A stretch of DNA of 64,000 bases. Source: a virus. The translations under genes and the position numbers were made by a program. Location: the IMG/VR virus record IMGVR_UViG_3300043398_000057; one strand, given 5' to 3'. Below the pieces are notes generated by a model. That model saw nothing but the letters and a program-made list of their open reading frames with translations. It ran no database searches and had not been told where the DNA came from. Positions 10,644 to 20,903 of the stretch are shown piece by piece. Positions within the stretch are counted from its first letter, which is position 1, and every line of letters starts with the position of its first letter.

Positions 10644-10826
10644 TCATTCCTTTTCTTCGATGATTGGGATTTGCGGGTCTTCAGCCAAAATATCATCAAT
10701 TTTGACAACGCCTTCGATTTTCTTACACACATCACACTGAAAACCAATGTAGATTCCTGTACCTTCTTGAAAGGTACAGATTCTACCATTGTAACGGTTT
10801 GTGAGATGTGCTAACCAGTGGAACAT
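10644..10826 (-). CDS. small putative metal-binding protein
   Basis: 60 aa with CDVC, coupled to neighbours. Confidence 0.45.
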   Translation of the reverse strand: MFHWLAHLTNRYNGRICTFQEGTGIYIGFQCDVCKKIEGVVKIDDILAEDPQIPIIEEKE

Positions 10827-11500
10827 TACTTCTTCCTTGCTGCAACCTTCTTAGCTGGAACCTTCTTTGATGCAACCTTCTTCGCGGGTGCCGCAGATTG
10901 AAGCAGTTCCATAGCTTCGAAGTATTCCTTACGCTTTTGCAAACGTTCAATGATTTGTTCAGCATCAAACCAGAATTCCATACCCATGATGACCTTTTCA
11001 ATTTCGTCTTCTGAGAGGAAACCTTCATAAACCTCATGCACGAACTTGTTGACCCACTTGTTCGAGAATGAGGCGTATGCGTTGATGTTGTTGTCGGTAC
11101 CACCATAGCCGTGCGATGCGGTATGGATCATCATTGTAGCACCGGGAAGAATGATTTGTTCGTCACATCCCAAAAGAATCATGGAACCGGCAGAGGATGC
11201 CGAACCAACATGAATGCCGCGAATGTGCGCTTTGGTGATAGCCATCGCATCAAGAATTGCGCGGCACGATTCCATCATACCACCGGGGGTGGCAAAGAAC
11301 ATGTCAACTTGATCACTCTCAGTCGCAGAGTAAAGAAAGTCAAGCAGTTTTGAATACTGCATAACATCCACAATGGGACCATAGAACCGTGCCTTGGCAA
11401 CGTAGTTCGTCAGTGGAATCTACTCAAGCTCAAATGGCACCCGCGTTTCATCTTCATCAAGATCGATTTCGGTCTTTGGAGTTGTCTTTTTGGTTGTCAT
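10826..11500 (-). CDS. ClpP-like protease, one in-frame TAG, Lys/Ala-rich C-terminal tail
   Basis: ATPGG, ASSAGS, MIH motifs; ATG 11500 with AAGGA RBS; TAG at 11420-11422. Confidence 0.8.
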
Positions 11501-11509
11501 CGGATTCCT

Positions 11510-11989
11510 TTACAGGTAGGGTTCCCAAGTATCGGGGAACGAACAATTTGCACCACAATCGCGGAACAGGGGAGCAATTTCTTCGGGAGTGTAACCGGCA
11601 AGACCGCAACCAATACCGGTAATGAAAAAATTCAGATCGAAGTTGTCTTTGGTAAACTTCACGAACTTGGCGACGTACTTGAAGATTTCTTCGATTTCCA
11701 TCGTTTGAATGTATTCATCCTTGGTGGGGATGGCGTAGGTCTTACCCGTGATACCATCCCATTCACCCAGCTTGGCACCAAGGTGATCCATGGCGTAACG
11801 TGCTGCGCCAGCACCATGAACACCACGCTTGTTGGAACCAAAAACAAAAAATTGGTCGGGTTCAGGTCCCGAACCATCAACATGGAACTTGCGGCGCTTG
11901 TTGCCAAAAATGGCATCGTAGTTTTCGCGATACACTTGGTTACCCCACTTGGTGATGATGTTATCGCCAGTAATGTCATTCTTGCTCAT
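11510..11989 (-). CDS. conserved phage protein (FVFGSN..HGAGAA family)
   Basis: FVFGSN.RGVHGAGAA, TYAIPT, IGCGLAG, IAPLF. Confidence 0.75.
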   Translation of the reverse strand: MSKNDITGDNIITKWGNQVYRENYDAIFGNKRRKFHVDGSGPEPDQFFVFGSNKRGVHGAGAARYAMDHLGAKLGEWDGITGKTYAIPTKDEYIQTMEIEEIFKYVAKFVKFTKDNFDLNFFITGIGCGLAGYTPEEIAPLFRDCGANCSFPDTWEPYL

Positions 11990-12188
11990 GATTAACCTTC
12001 AGTCAAAATTTGCTTGTGGAAACCGGTAACGCTTTCACCAAGTTGGTTGTAGCGATCACCGTTGTTGTCAACGTATTCTAGCACAGTGTTCCCGGTAATG
12101 GGGTCATTGTACGTCACAACCGAAGTGATTGTGACAAAAGTTTGATCAGATTTTTGATAAGTCTTGCCAAGTTCCATGTTATGACTCC

Positions 12189-12608
12189 TTATTCACATTG
12201 AATTGCTACACACGAGAACTTTTTCTCCGCTTGCACGGAGTGTAGCACACGGTCGCTGAATTTGTACCATGATCCCTTAACAAGCTGCACATAAGAGTTT
12301 CCAACATGCAGATAAGCATGATACCCCGGGTCGGAAAGAACACCAAACAGACTGTAGTTCGTGTCAATCTCGCCAACAGGGTCATCAGTATGAGGAACAA
12401 CGTTTTTCACATTCAGTGCAACAGCACTCGCATATGAATACACCAAACCTTCAGGAAAAAGATGATGAAGTGTTTCGGGAATGGAAACATTGAATTCGGC
12501 GTCTCCATTTTCTTTGACGAACTTCAAAAGTTCTTTGGGAACATAGTCGCAACTGATAAGTTCAATCTTTGGCATTTTCGGTTTCCGTGGTTTGATCGGT
12601 GTCCACAA
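12189..12608 (-). CDS. putative 2OG-Fe(II) oxygenase/cupin-like protein
   Basis: PHTD...F.D...HSV facial-triad-like pattern. Confidence 0.45.
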   Translation of the reverse strand: MWTPIKPRKPKMPKIELISCDYVPKELLKFVKENGDAEFNVSIPETLHHLFPEGLVYSYASAVALNVKNVVPHTDDPVGEIDTNYSLFGVLSDPGYHAYLHVGNSYVQLVKGSWYKFSDRVLHSVQAEKKFSCVAIQCE

Positions 12609-12793
12609 TCACTTTCACACTCTTTGTCTTGGTGTGCAGACAGTTGAGAAACTCCAAAGCATCAGCTTTGTATTCTTCACACACCTTAGGGTCTTCGAGT
12701 GCCGCACTGAGCCATGGTGCAATTTTATGGCATGACTCGATGAACATGGCGTCAAAAACCGCAAAGTATGCAATTTTGTGAGAACTCATAACA

Positions 12794-13363
12794 TCAACCC
12801 AAATTGTTGGATGTGAGGTAATCTTGCAACAGTTCTTCGGCGGTTCGATGACCCTCAAGGATGCCAGAAATTAGCGCAAATGCATGATCCAGAGACTTGC
12901 TCACATCATCAGGCGAGACACTGTATTCGGTGCCGACACGGTATGACCGCTTCAGTGCTTCGGGCGAAAACAGGAAAGATTGCGTCATGGTAACCCACTT
13001 CATGCGGGACCGGCTGTAAATTTCAAAATTCTTCGAAGAGTCGGAGAACCAAATCTTGAAAATTTCCGCATGAGGTCGGGGAGTGACAGAAACAGGTTCA
13101 GCCGTTTCATACGGAAGAACAGCCGAACGTGGGAACCAAAATGTTTCATGCAGTGTAGTGTTGTGAACATTGATCATTTTATGACGGATGGAATCACCAA
13201 GAGGAGTGTCGAAAATTACAAGTTCTTGATCAGCTTTTTGCGAATCAATGAAATTCTGAATGTCACTTTCATAATACCCAATACCATCCCAAATCGGACC
13301 ATCACCCTTTTCGATGATATCGATATCCAACAGAACACGTTGACCGGGGTAAAAATTAGTCAT
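12794..13363 (-). CDS. hypothetical protein
   Basis: 189-aa ORF in early-gene block. Confidence 0.6.
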   Translation of the reverse strand: MTNFYPGQRVLLDIDIIEKGDGPIWDGIGYYESDIQNFIDSQKADQELVIFDTPLGDSIRHKMINVHNTTLHETFWFPRSAVLPYETAEPVSVTPRPHAEIFKIWFSDSSKNFEIYSRSRMKWVTMTQSFLFSPEALKRSYRVGTEYSVSPDDVSKSLDHAFALISGILEGHRTAEELLQDYLTSNNLG

Positions 13364-13372
13364 ATAAACCTT

Positions 13373-13747
13373 TCAGGAAATTTTGGGGAGATATTCTTTT
13401 TCGATATGATCAGCGATTTCAGAGAAAGTATACCCTTCATCGTTCATATTTGCAACATCAAGTGCGTCATCATGACTCATACCCACATATGTTGTAATTT
13501 CTTCTGGTGGCATTTCGGTGTCTCTAATGTTCCCAAATCCAACAAAAGCAAATTGACCATCTTGATTGGGAGCATACCACTTGTTACCACCATCTTTCGA
13601 TGCTAGGTCACAAAGAACGCCAAGACAACAGAACCCTTCATCATTTTTCAAACAAGACTTAGTTTGTTTGTACTTTCCAGAACGAAGGGTTTTGATCCAC
13701 AGTTTCATAAACTCTTTCGGTGTGCGATAACGAATCTTCTTAGCCAT
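13373..13747 (-). CDS. conserved phage hypothetical protein
   Basis: W..LRSGKY.Q..L..G.CCLGV..ND.G..F..IAD pattern. Confidence 0.65.
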   Translation of the reverse strand: MAKKIRYRTPKEFMKLWIKTLRSGKYKQTKSCLKNDEGFCCLGVLCDLASKDGGNKWYAPNQDGQFAFVGFGNIRDTEMPPEEITTYVGMSHDDALDVANMNDEGYTFSEIADHIEKEYLPKIS

Positions 13748-14198
13748 TTTTCACCTCTTCGAAATTTTGTTCATCGACGTACTTGTAGCGACTATAGTGT
13801 GCAGTGTACATGTCTGAGCTATGTGGCTGAAAAGAACTTTGTGAACCGAGATGAAGGTTAAGTGACCAACCACCATCTTCACATTCTTCGCGTTCCTTTT
13901 CGGTCAAATACTCACGCGCAGCATCCTTGTCATACACCATCTCTCTAGGGATAAGCATTGATCGATGTTCATGAACAAGTTTCTTACCAACCTTACCAAG
14001 ACTGCGAACAGTTGCCTTACCGGTTGCTTCAGAACCGGCCAGCATGTTTGCAATGTCTTCGGGCTTGAGTTGAATCTCGATGAAACCAATTCGTGAGTTG
14101 GTGTCAACCACCGAGATAAAAAATTGACCATCCTTATCAGGATCACTGGAATTTCTGCGAGAGATACGAACTTCAACGTCAAATTTGTCTTGTGCCAT
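13740..14198 (-). CDS. hypothetical protein
   Basis: 152-aa ORF overlapping next gene. Confidence 0.6.
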   Translation of the reverse strand: MAQDKFDVEVRISRRNSSDPDKDGQFFISVVDTNSRIGFIEIQLKPEDIANMLAGSEATGKATVRSLGKVGKKLVHEHRSMLIPREMVYDKDAAREYLTEKEREECEDGGWSLNLHLGSQSSFQPHSSDMYTAHYSRYKYVDEQNFEEVKNG

Positions 14199-14256
14199 GA
14201 TTGTCTTTCGGTCAGTGGTCTATAACAATGAACTCATTATAGACCACTTTTGAAAC

Positions 14257-15213
14257 TTATGCAAGTGCCAGAAGTTGTTCCAGTGCAGAATTCTTCAGAG
14301 AGTTGCCAACACCGAACTCGGAATTGTTGAACTGGTGCGAAGCATCACGCTTGCCGGTACCATGGGTTGCCATTTCGGTCACAGCGTTCAGAACACCCCA
14401 TTGGGTACCATACGAAAAATCTGCGCCAGCACCATTCTTGTAAAAGTGCATCAGGGCATCAGTTTGACGCGAAACGGTCAGCTTGGTGGGGTCGATGTTC
14501 TTGGGGTTCACCAGTTTGTTAAAAAATTCAGCAGCGAAGTCATCAGTGACCTTCTTTTCTGCGAAACCCTTCAGATTGGTGATGAACGAATCCCACGACG
14601 AATCAATCAGACCCAAATCAACCTTGAATTGCTTGGGGTCGAATGCGCTTGCATGGGTCTTGCGAACACTGCTACCTTGACCACGCAGTGCAACTTGCAA
14701 AGTGTTGTTGCACACAGTGCGAGTCGATGTGAACTTTGCTTGAGTCGAAAGCGAACCATCAGCCGAAGTAACCAGCAGCAGTTGACCCTTGATTTCGTCA
14801 CCGGGAACAATGAAAGCATTCTTGCCGATTTCGGCAGTGGCCCAAAAACGCTTACCGCCGAACAGGGTGCCAGCAGCAGACAGCTTCATTTTGTTGGTTT
14901 CCGTGAATTCACGGAAAAATTCCAGAACTTCCTTGGGTTGCACAACGTGGTATTCTTCACTCACGATACCCAGCACATCGGTCGAGTCCGAACGGTACAG
15001 AACCTTGTTTTGGGTGTCGGTGATCAGACCACCGGCAGTTTGGAAACGAACATTCGATTCCATGATTTCCCAATCCATACCAGCAGCAGTTTGCCACTGT
15101 TCGATGGTTTGGTTTTCGGGCAGGTATTGACCCAAACCGTGCCAAACTTCCTTGCGGTCACCGAGTGCGGCGAATTCGATGAAACCATTCTTGCGTGCGG
15201 TCAGTTGGTGCAT
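14257..15213 (-). CDS. DUF932-family protein
   Basis: WHGLG, Y.VVQP.E, GG.R.W, S.DGS, R.VC.NTL, WG..NAVTE. Confidence 0.85.
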   Translation of the reverse strand: MHQLTARKNGFIEFAALGDRKEVWHGLGQYLPENQTIEQWQTAAGMDWEIMESNVRFQTAGGLITDTQNKVLYRSDSTDVLGIVSEEYHVVQPKEVLEFFREFTETNKMKLSAAGTLFGGKRFWATAEIGKNAFIVPGDEIKGQLLLVTSADGSLSTQAKFTSTRTVCNNTLQVALRGQGSSVRKTHASAFDPKQFKVDLGLIDSSWDSFITNLKGFAEKKVTDDFAAEFFNKLVNPKNIDPTKLTVSRQTDALMHFYKNGAGADFSYGTQWGVLNAVTEMATHGTGKRDASHQFNNSEFGVGNSLKNSALEQLLALA

Positions 15214-15245
15214 TTCAAAACTCCATTCATGTTTAAGGTGAAGAC

Positions 15246-15274
15246 AGTGTAAGAGATTTTTCAAACACTGTCAA
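15246..15274 (-). promoter_or_regulatory. sigma70-type early promoter, class B (copies also at 40789-40817 and 41865-41893)
   Basis: TTGACA-17 nt-TACACT; three related copies with shared downstream leader. Confidence 0.8.
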
Positions 15275-15499
15275 GAACTTTTTAAGACTTTTCCGAAAGT
15301 TGTTCAGCAACAACATCCATCGCGTGACTTTCATCAACAACCTTGATGGCCCAAAAATGACCATCGATCAGAACATTGTTTGTTTCGCGATCAAAGAAAG
15401 CGACGATCTTGTTGTTCTCGTCACGAATGATACCGCTGCGAAACATGGTGTGCTTGGCGTTCATGATGTTCACTTGAAAGTTGTGTTGCGATGGAATGA

Positions 15500-15528
15500 A
15501 TTATGGGGCCGAAGCCCCATCTTGTCAA
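15500..15528 (-). promoter_or_regulatory. sigma70-type early promoter, class A (copies at 19628-19656, 20871-20899, 24203-24231, 27962-27990, 28915-28943, 37104-37132, 42624-42652)
   Basis: TTGACA-17 nt-CATAAT/TAGAAT, most followed by the leader TCATTCCATCGCAACAC. Confidence 0.85.
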
Positions 15529-15546
15529 CACCTATTTGAAAACTTT

Positions 15547-16695
15547 TTACTTTGTTGCGGAAGTGTCACGGATACCAAGTTCCTTCCACTTGCCCTTGAA
15601 AAAGTTCTTGTAGTCGTTCTCACGTTCAACATACAGGTTCATGACAAGACCGAAGTAAAGAGGTGTCACTTCGGTCTTTGCCTTAGACGCGAAATCTTTA
15701 CGTTCAAGCGTCTTATTTTCACGGTAGAAGTTTTCAACTTCCTTGAACATGGCATTGAAAGTTCCCGAAACAAACTTGTCCATCTCTTCAATCAGCTTCA
15801 GAGATTCTTCATCTTTTGCGAAGTATCCGCGAAGATCATCGGCACCACCATCAACAACAGCCTGAAACAAGCGTCGAGGATTGGTCACAGAATCTTTCAC
15901 ATGATGCAAAGACATGTACTTGTCGGTCTTGTGCTTGACACGCTTTCCACCCTCAAACACATAAATGAACCCTTCAATACTGTCTGTCATAGATGCAACA
16001 GACTTGACGAATTTTTCAATGTTTTCAGGCTTGAATGCAGGTCGAGCAAACTTCTTCAACTCTTCCGGAATGTCAACATACAGTTCATCCATGTACAAAG
16101 GCATGGTGTCAATAATGTTGAGAACCACCAATTGACTGTTATCGTATGACAGAACCACACGATTATCGGGCGAAATCCACTCAAGGTTGACCGTGTAACC
16201 GGACAATGTTGCAACTTCCAGTTGTTCACGGAACTTGTTGTTTTCGGGTAGGTTGATCCACTTGGTTGCTTCAATGACCTGAACCGAGTCCAGACTTTCC
16301 TTAGACTTGAAAGCCATTTCACCGTAATAGTTGATGTATGTCGAAATCAGAGAACCATCATACTTCGGTTCAACAGCGACAATCTTCGAAAGATCAAGAC
16401 CGATGGTTTCAGGGTTTTCATTCAGGTTGAAAAACTTTGGCATCGGCAGGCACACCAAAATGGGAACCAAATTTTCGGAAAATGTTTCAAACATGATGCC
16501 CCGGGCAAACTTTGCATAAGGCTTTTGAAAGTCGCTGTACGATGCAAGGTTGTAGTTGAAAATTCGATACTTCGACGAACCTTCAGTCACATCCTTGTAA
16601 TAGAACGAATCGTTCGTTTCACACAGTTGCATCAGAGTTTCGTAGCACTCTTTTTCATCAAACGCTTGGCGAATTTGTTCAGTCTGGTTTGTCAT
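15547..16695 (-). CDS. rnlA: RNA ligase 1 (T4 RnlA-like)
   Basis: RGIMF, KFFNLNE, KYDGSLI, EGF, K.K..Y..LH. Confidence 0.9.
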   Translation of the reverse strand: MTNQTEQIRQAFDEKECYETLMQLCETNDSFYYKDVTEGSSKYRIFNYNLASYSDFQKPYAKFARGIMFETFSENLVPILVCLPMPKFFNLNENPETIGLDLSKIVAVEPKYDGSLISTYINYYGEMAFKSKESLDSVQVIEATKWINLPENNKFREQLEVATLSGYTVNLEWISPDNRVVLSYDNSQLVVLNIIDTMPLYMDELYVDIPEELKKFARPAFKPENIEKFVKSVASMTDSIEGFIYVFEGGKRVKHKTDKYMSLHHVKDSVTNPRRLFQAVVDGGADDLRGYFAKDEESLKLIEEMDKFVSGTFNAMFKEVENFYRENKTLERKDFASKAKTEVTPLYFGLVMNLYVERENDYKNFFKGKWKELGIRDTSATK

Positions 16696-16877
16696 GATTT
16701 AGTCGATTCTTAAAGGTTATGAAAGAGATGAAGAGGAAGATGGGGATTGTCAAAAACCCCACAACCGCACTTGATGCGATGTATTGCAGTGTAGTCCAAT
16801 ACGGGTCTTCTGTCAATACAGCAATCAGCATTCCGCCAACAATTCCAACCATCGGCCAAAGATAGATGAAACTCATG

Positions 16878-17294
16878 TCAGTAATCGGGAGTGGCAATCT
16901 CATACTCTTTGTTCTTGATGCAATCCATCAATTCTTTCAAAGAGTAAAACGACGCACTTTTTCCAGTTGGCGTTTTGCCATAGATGTACATGGTGTCACT
17001 GCGCCTGATGAACCAAAAACCACTTTTGAAACCAATTGGTTCACCGTGGTCAGAATCAAATGAATCAACAACAAAGGTAACACCATCAAGTTTTACCTTA
17101 TCGCCAGAACGAAGTTCTTTCAATTCTTCAATTTTTGCGGTCTTCAGGTTGAGAACGCCGGTCGCAATGTATGTTGATGTGTAATCTTCTGGTAAGTCAC
17201 CAGTAGCGAAACAGAGGGCATCAATCAATGGTTCAACACAATCTTTGTTGTTCGTTGTGATTGATGCACTCGGACCAGAGATGAAGTATTGCAT
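16878..17294 (-). CDS. hypothetical protein
   Basis: 138-aa ORF. Confidence 0.55.
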   Translation of the reverse strand: MQYFISGPSASITTNNKDCVEPLIDALCFATGDLPEDYTSTYIATGVLNLKTAKIEELKELRSGDKVKLDGVTFVVDSFDSDHGEPIGFKSGFWFIRRSDTMYIYGKTPTGKSASFYSLKELMDCIKNKEYEIATPDY

Positions 17295-17297
17295 GTG

Positions 17298-17564
17298 TCA
17301 CTCATTTGTAAGAGGGTTTTCCAAACCGGCCGCATTTCTCGCTTGTCGCGTTTCAATGATGACCGGAACGCCCGATTGTACATGCTTTTCATGAATCGCG
17401 CCAAGAATCTTTTGGCAGTCTTCATAAGACAGTTGTGAAAGATCGGGTGAACCATCAGGATCATGAATTTCTGTAGCGATACCGATTTGTGCCAGTGTGC
17501 TTGCAATCACGTTTGCAATCGAGGTCTTACCCTCACCGGTACTTCCAACAATGATGATACGCAT
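17298..17564 (-). CDS. small P-loop protein
   Basis: IIIVGSTGEGKTS Walker A in an 88-aa ORF. Confidence 0.55.
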   Translation of the reverse strand: MRIIIVGSTGEGKTSIANVIASTLAQIGIATEIHDPDGSPDLSQLSYEDCQKILGAIHEKHVQSGVPVIIETRQARNAAGLENPLTNE

Positions 17565-18178
17565 TACACACGCTCCATCTTCTTCAGCTTCGACGAAATC
17601 TTGGCGAACTTTTCCACGATCTTCTTCTGCTTTTCAACAATGTTGCTGATGTACAGATATTCCTTGTACTGTTCAGAAGTTGTCGGATCGTTCTTGTCGC
17701 ACAGTTCCCACAGTTCAGCCTTGACCTTCTTGAAAATTTGAATGTCGGCGTAGGTGTAACGCAGAATTTCACGAACTTCCTGCCGCAGAGTTTGGATTTC
17801 CGATTGGGTCAGTTGTTCTTGTTGTGGTTCTGGAACACCACCCGAAAACTTGTCCATGACCATTTGACCGGTTTCCATCATGAACATGATGATTTGCAAA
17901 ATGCCACCATCAACCATTTCAGCAAGAACATCACCAGATGCTTCAACTTCAACACCATCAACAACGTAAACGCTATCGTCCAGTGCGACAAATTGATTAT
18001 CTTCGGTAACCATATCGGCAACGCTTGTCATAATGACAGAACCGGCAAACTTGCCACTGACACCACGGAACACAATGTCAAAATTTTCACCGGGAGTGAT
18101 GGACGAAAATTGATCGCCCTTGATCAGAAGTTCGAAGTTGTTCACGAACGGCAGATGGATTTTGGTCAGATTTTGCAT
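17564..18178 (-). CDS. hypothetical protein with C-terminal coiled coil
   Basis: 204-aa ORF with AGGA RBS. Confidence 0.6.
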   Translation of the reverse strand: MQNLTKIHLPFVNNFELLIKGDQFSSITPGENFDIVFRGVSGKFAGSVIMTSVADMVTEDNQFVALDDSVYVVDGVEVEASGDVLAEMVDGGILQIIMFMMETGQMVMDKFSGGVPEPQQEQLTQSEIQTLRQEVREILRYTYADIQIFKKVKAELWELCDKNDPTTSEQYKEYLYISNIVEKQKKIVEKFAKISSKLKKMERV

Positions 18179-18211
18179 GATATTTTCCTTCAGTTGTAGA
18201 GATGTTTCAGT

Positions 18212-18532
18212 TTACCACACCTTGACTTGGTTCAGATTGACCCAGGTGTAAAATTGTTTGCGGGTTCCGGTCGCTGCTCCACCCACATCTACACCATTTT
18301 CATTCTTGACGTAATAGCGAATGTGACGCCATGGGTAAATTTTAGGGTCGCGGAGTTGATCAGGTTTTGCGTGAATTTCAACGTCATTCTTGTCAATTTC
18401 ATTGAAAAAGATTTCGCTGTTGTAGCCACACTCTTCAACCTTGAAACGAACACCTTGAAAGACAACGGTATCACCATCCTTCAAAGTCAGAATCGTTTCA
18501 GGGGTTTCTTCAATGTTAATGTCTTGAGTCAT
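18212..18532 (-). CDS. hypothetical protein, tandem paralog 1
   Basis: Shares INIEE.P, YPWRHIRYY and VKVW with 18537-18857. Confidence 0.75.
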   Translation of the reverse strand: MTQDINIEETPETILTLKDGDTVVFQGVRFKVEECGYNSEIFFNEIDKNDVEIHAKPDQLRDPKIYPWRHIRYYVKNENGVDVGGAATGTRKQFYTWVNLNQVKVW

Positions 18533-18536
18533 GATT

Positions 18537-18857
18537 TCACCAAACCTTTACTTCGCCGTTAGTGATCCAATTATGAAATTCTTCCAGTGATGTACATGCT
18601 GTTCCGCCGATTTCCTTGTCAACATTCAATTTGTAATATCGAATATGACGCCAAGGGTAATCATTTGTTTGCCAAAGTTTTTCTCCAACCGGTGCCACTA
18701 CAGGCAGACCCGCCGAAGATACTTCATCGAAGAAAACTTTTGTTTTATCCATATTATTCCTCAGAACAAACTTCACGTTCTGAAAAATTACGAAATCTCC
18801 AACTCTGAGATGAAGAATCTCACTCGGATTTTCTTCGATGTTGATGAATTCAATCAT
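18537..18857 (-). CDS. hypothetical protein, tandem paralog 2
   Basis: Same length (106 aa) and motifs as 18212-18532. Confidence 0.75.
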   Translation of the reverse strand: MIEFINIEENPSEILHLRVGDFVIFQNVKFVLRNNMDKTKVFFDEVSSAGLPVVAPVGEKLWQTNDYPWRHIRYYKLNVDKEIGGTACTSLEEFHNWITNGEVKVW

Positions 18858-19199
18858 GGGGTTCCTTACCAGTTGTGAATGATGCCAGCGATGATGAAAA
18901 GATTTGTCACCACCGAAAGAAAAACTATTGTCAGACGTATCAAAGCAATTATATCAGCTTCCCGGTCTGTACTTCCATCTTTTTGACCTAGTGATTTTGC
19001 GATAAGACGCCACATAGGTCAATCAGGGTTTACCCTATAAAAACTTTCTTCGATTTCACGTTCAACCTCACGATTGAAACGCTTGTTCATGGTTCGCGAT
19101 TCGCGCTTATCGGAATGCTTTTCCGAACGCTTGGTTCGCAGAACTTCATTGTTCTTCTTCTTTTCGTATTGAGTTTTTGCCCAAGACATGTTTCTTTCC

Positions 19200-19490
19200 T
19201 TACTTTTTCGTAAACAGTTGTTTGACTGAGTGACCGGTAGGAAACATTTCAGCGGTTTCCATATCGACCCGCAATTGAGTCGGGTCACAGTCTTGCAGAA
19301 CATGAAGAATCCGTGTACCCGACTTGTTTTCATACAACCAAGCAAACGGTTCAACTTCATCTTCACGACGATCCTTCAATTCTTGGAGAAAAGAAAGAAC
19401 GTCACGGTAATAGTTCGCTGAACGAGAGTCTTCAGCATTCACAATTCGTTCTTGTGTGCGGAAGATGAAAATTTCGAGGTCTGTCATCAT
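19200..19490 (-). CDS. hypothetical protein
   Basis: 96-aa ORF. Confidence 0.5.
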   Translation of the reverse strand: MMTDLEIFIFRTQERIVNAEDSRSANYYRDVLSFLQELKDRREDEVEPFAWLYENKSGTRILHVLQDCDPTQLRVDMETAEMFPTGHSVKQLFTKK

Positions 19491-19652
19491 TCAAACCATG
19501 ATTGCAGGTTATAACAAAAATGTGCGCGAATGGCCGGGCAGTTCATCAAATGAGCAGTGACGATTTCGTTCACAATTTCAGAAGAATCAACCATTTTAGG
19601 CTTTCAATGTGTGTTGCGATGGAATGAATTCTATACAGACCTCGAACCATTG

Positions 19653-20399
19653 TCAAGTGTTTTTGCGTGTCACATTGACAACAACTTCGTAACCCATGGT
19701 TTTCAGGAAATTAACATGTTCACGAATGGTCATCAGGCTTTCGTAAACTTCGGTCTTCTTTTCAGCCTCAGTTTGATGTGCATCACGTTGACTGCGGATC
19801 ATGTTCACCCAAGTCTCGAAATCCATGTTTTCCGACTTTGCTTGAACGACTTCTTCAGCAACAGGTTCTTCCACTTTGAAAGGCATCAACATCAGACGAT
19901 GTGGAAATGCTGATTGTTCCTTGTCATCACAAACGGTGTCTTCATAGAACGAAAAAACTTTGATCAAGTCAATGTTTTGAGCAGCCCCGTAGCGTTGATG
20001 GTCGGGGTTGAGTTTGATACAGAATTCGCTACCAATCTGAGGCTCAACCGGGATGATCAGAGTGATATCAACTTCATTGTTTCGACCGTAATTGTGCAAA
20101 TACTCAAAAAACGGCATCAGTTGCACATAACGATCTTCATAGGTTGCTGGCGAAGTCCACGTTGTAGAGACAGTATGAGGTGTGCCACCATAAATGATGA
20201 CTGAACCCTTAGGGACAACAAAATCAATACCCATTTTGGAAACGTTGCCGAAATTCACCTTCAGAACAGCGATGGCGTTGTTAATCAATTGATTGCTTCG
20301 ATTGATGTAACTTTCGATGTTGGGAACAGCGGTTCGAGGGTCAACCAAGAAAGGTTGAATCGCTTGAGAGTTGCTATTGATCTTCAGATATGCGGTCAT
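19653..20399 (-). CDS. hypothetical protein
   Basis: About 248-aa ORF. Confidence 0.6.
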   Translation of the reverse strand: MTAYLKINSNSQAIQPFLVDPRTAVPNIESYINRSNQLINNAIAVLKVNFGNVSKMGIDFVVPKGSVIIYGGTPHTVSTTWTSPATYEDRYVQLMPFFEYLHNYGRNNEVDITLIIPVEPQIGSEFCIKLNPDHQRYGAAQNIDLIKVFSFYEDTVCDDKEQSAFPHRLMLMPFKVEEPVAEEVVQAKSENMDFETWVNMIRSQRDAHQTEAEKKTEVYESLMTIREHVNFLKTMGYEVVVNVTRKNT

Positions 20400-20420
20400 G
20401 ATGCACTCTTTCAAAAATGA

Positions 20421-20831
20421 TTAAACAAGTTCGTTAGGAATTTCGAACAACAGGTCAGACTTCCCCGCAACTTTCGACTTCCAAGAAACGTATGCCTTCA
20501 TTGCGGCATTCAGAGGCGTAGGGCCAAACGCTGTGAAGCTACCGTCAGAATTATAAATCCATGCCATGCACTTTTCTGCCGGATTGTTGTATGTCAACTC
20601 AGTCTTTTGTGTAAGACCCTCAATTTCACCGATGAACGGACCACCAACAGCCCAATCACTAGAAGGGCGGAAAGACGACAACCAACGACATTCGCCAGTT
20701 TGCGAATTTTCCAATTCGAACTTGCCGTTGGAGTGAACATCATAACTGTCCCATCCAGAACACACGGCAACAGCGTAGTCCAGTTGTTCACCAAACAGGT
20801 CTTCGATTTTGACAATGGTTGTTGCGGTCAT
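20421..20831 (-). CDS. NinX/DUF2591-like phage protein
   Basis: LDYAVA, F.PS.DW..GGP.I, GPTPL.AAM. Confidence 0.7.
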   Translation of the reverse strand: MTATTIVKIEDLFGEQLDYAVAVCSGWDSYDVHSNGKFELENSQTGECRWLSSFRPSSDWAVGGPFIGEIEGLTQKTELTYNNPAEKCMAWIYNSDGSFTAFGPTPLNAAMKAYVSWKSKVAGKSDLLFEIPNELV

Positions 20832-20903
20832 GATGTTCTTTCTGTTGAAAGTTGTGTTGCGATGGAATGAATTATGGCCCCGAAGGGCCATGTTGTCAAG
20901 CGA

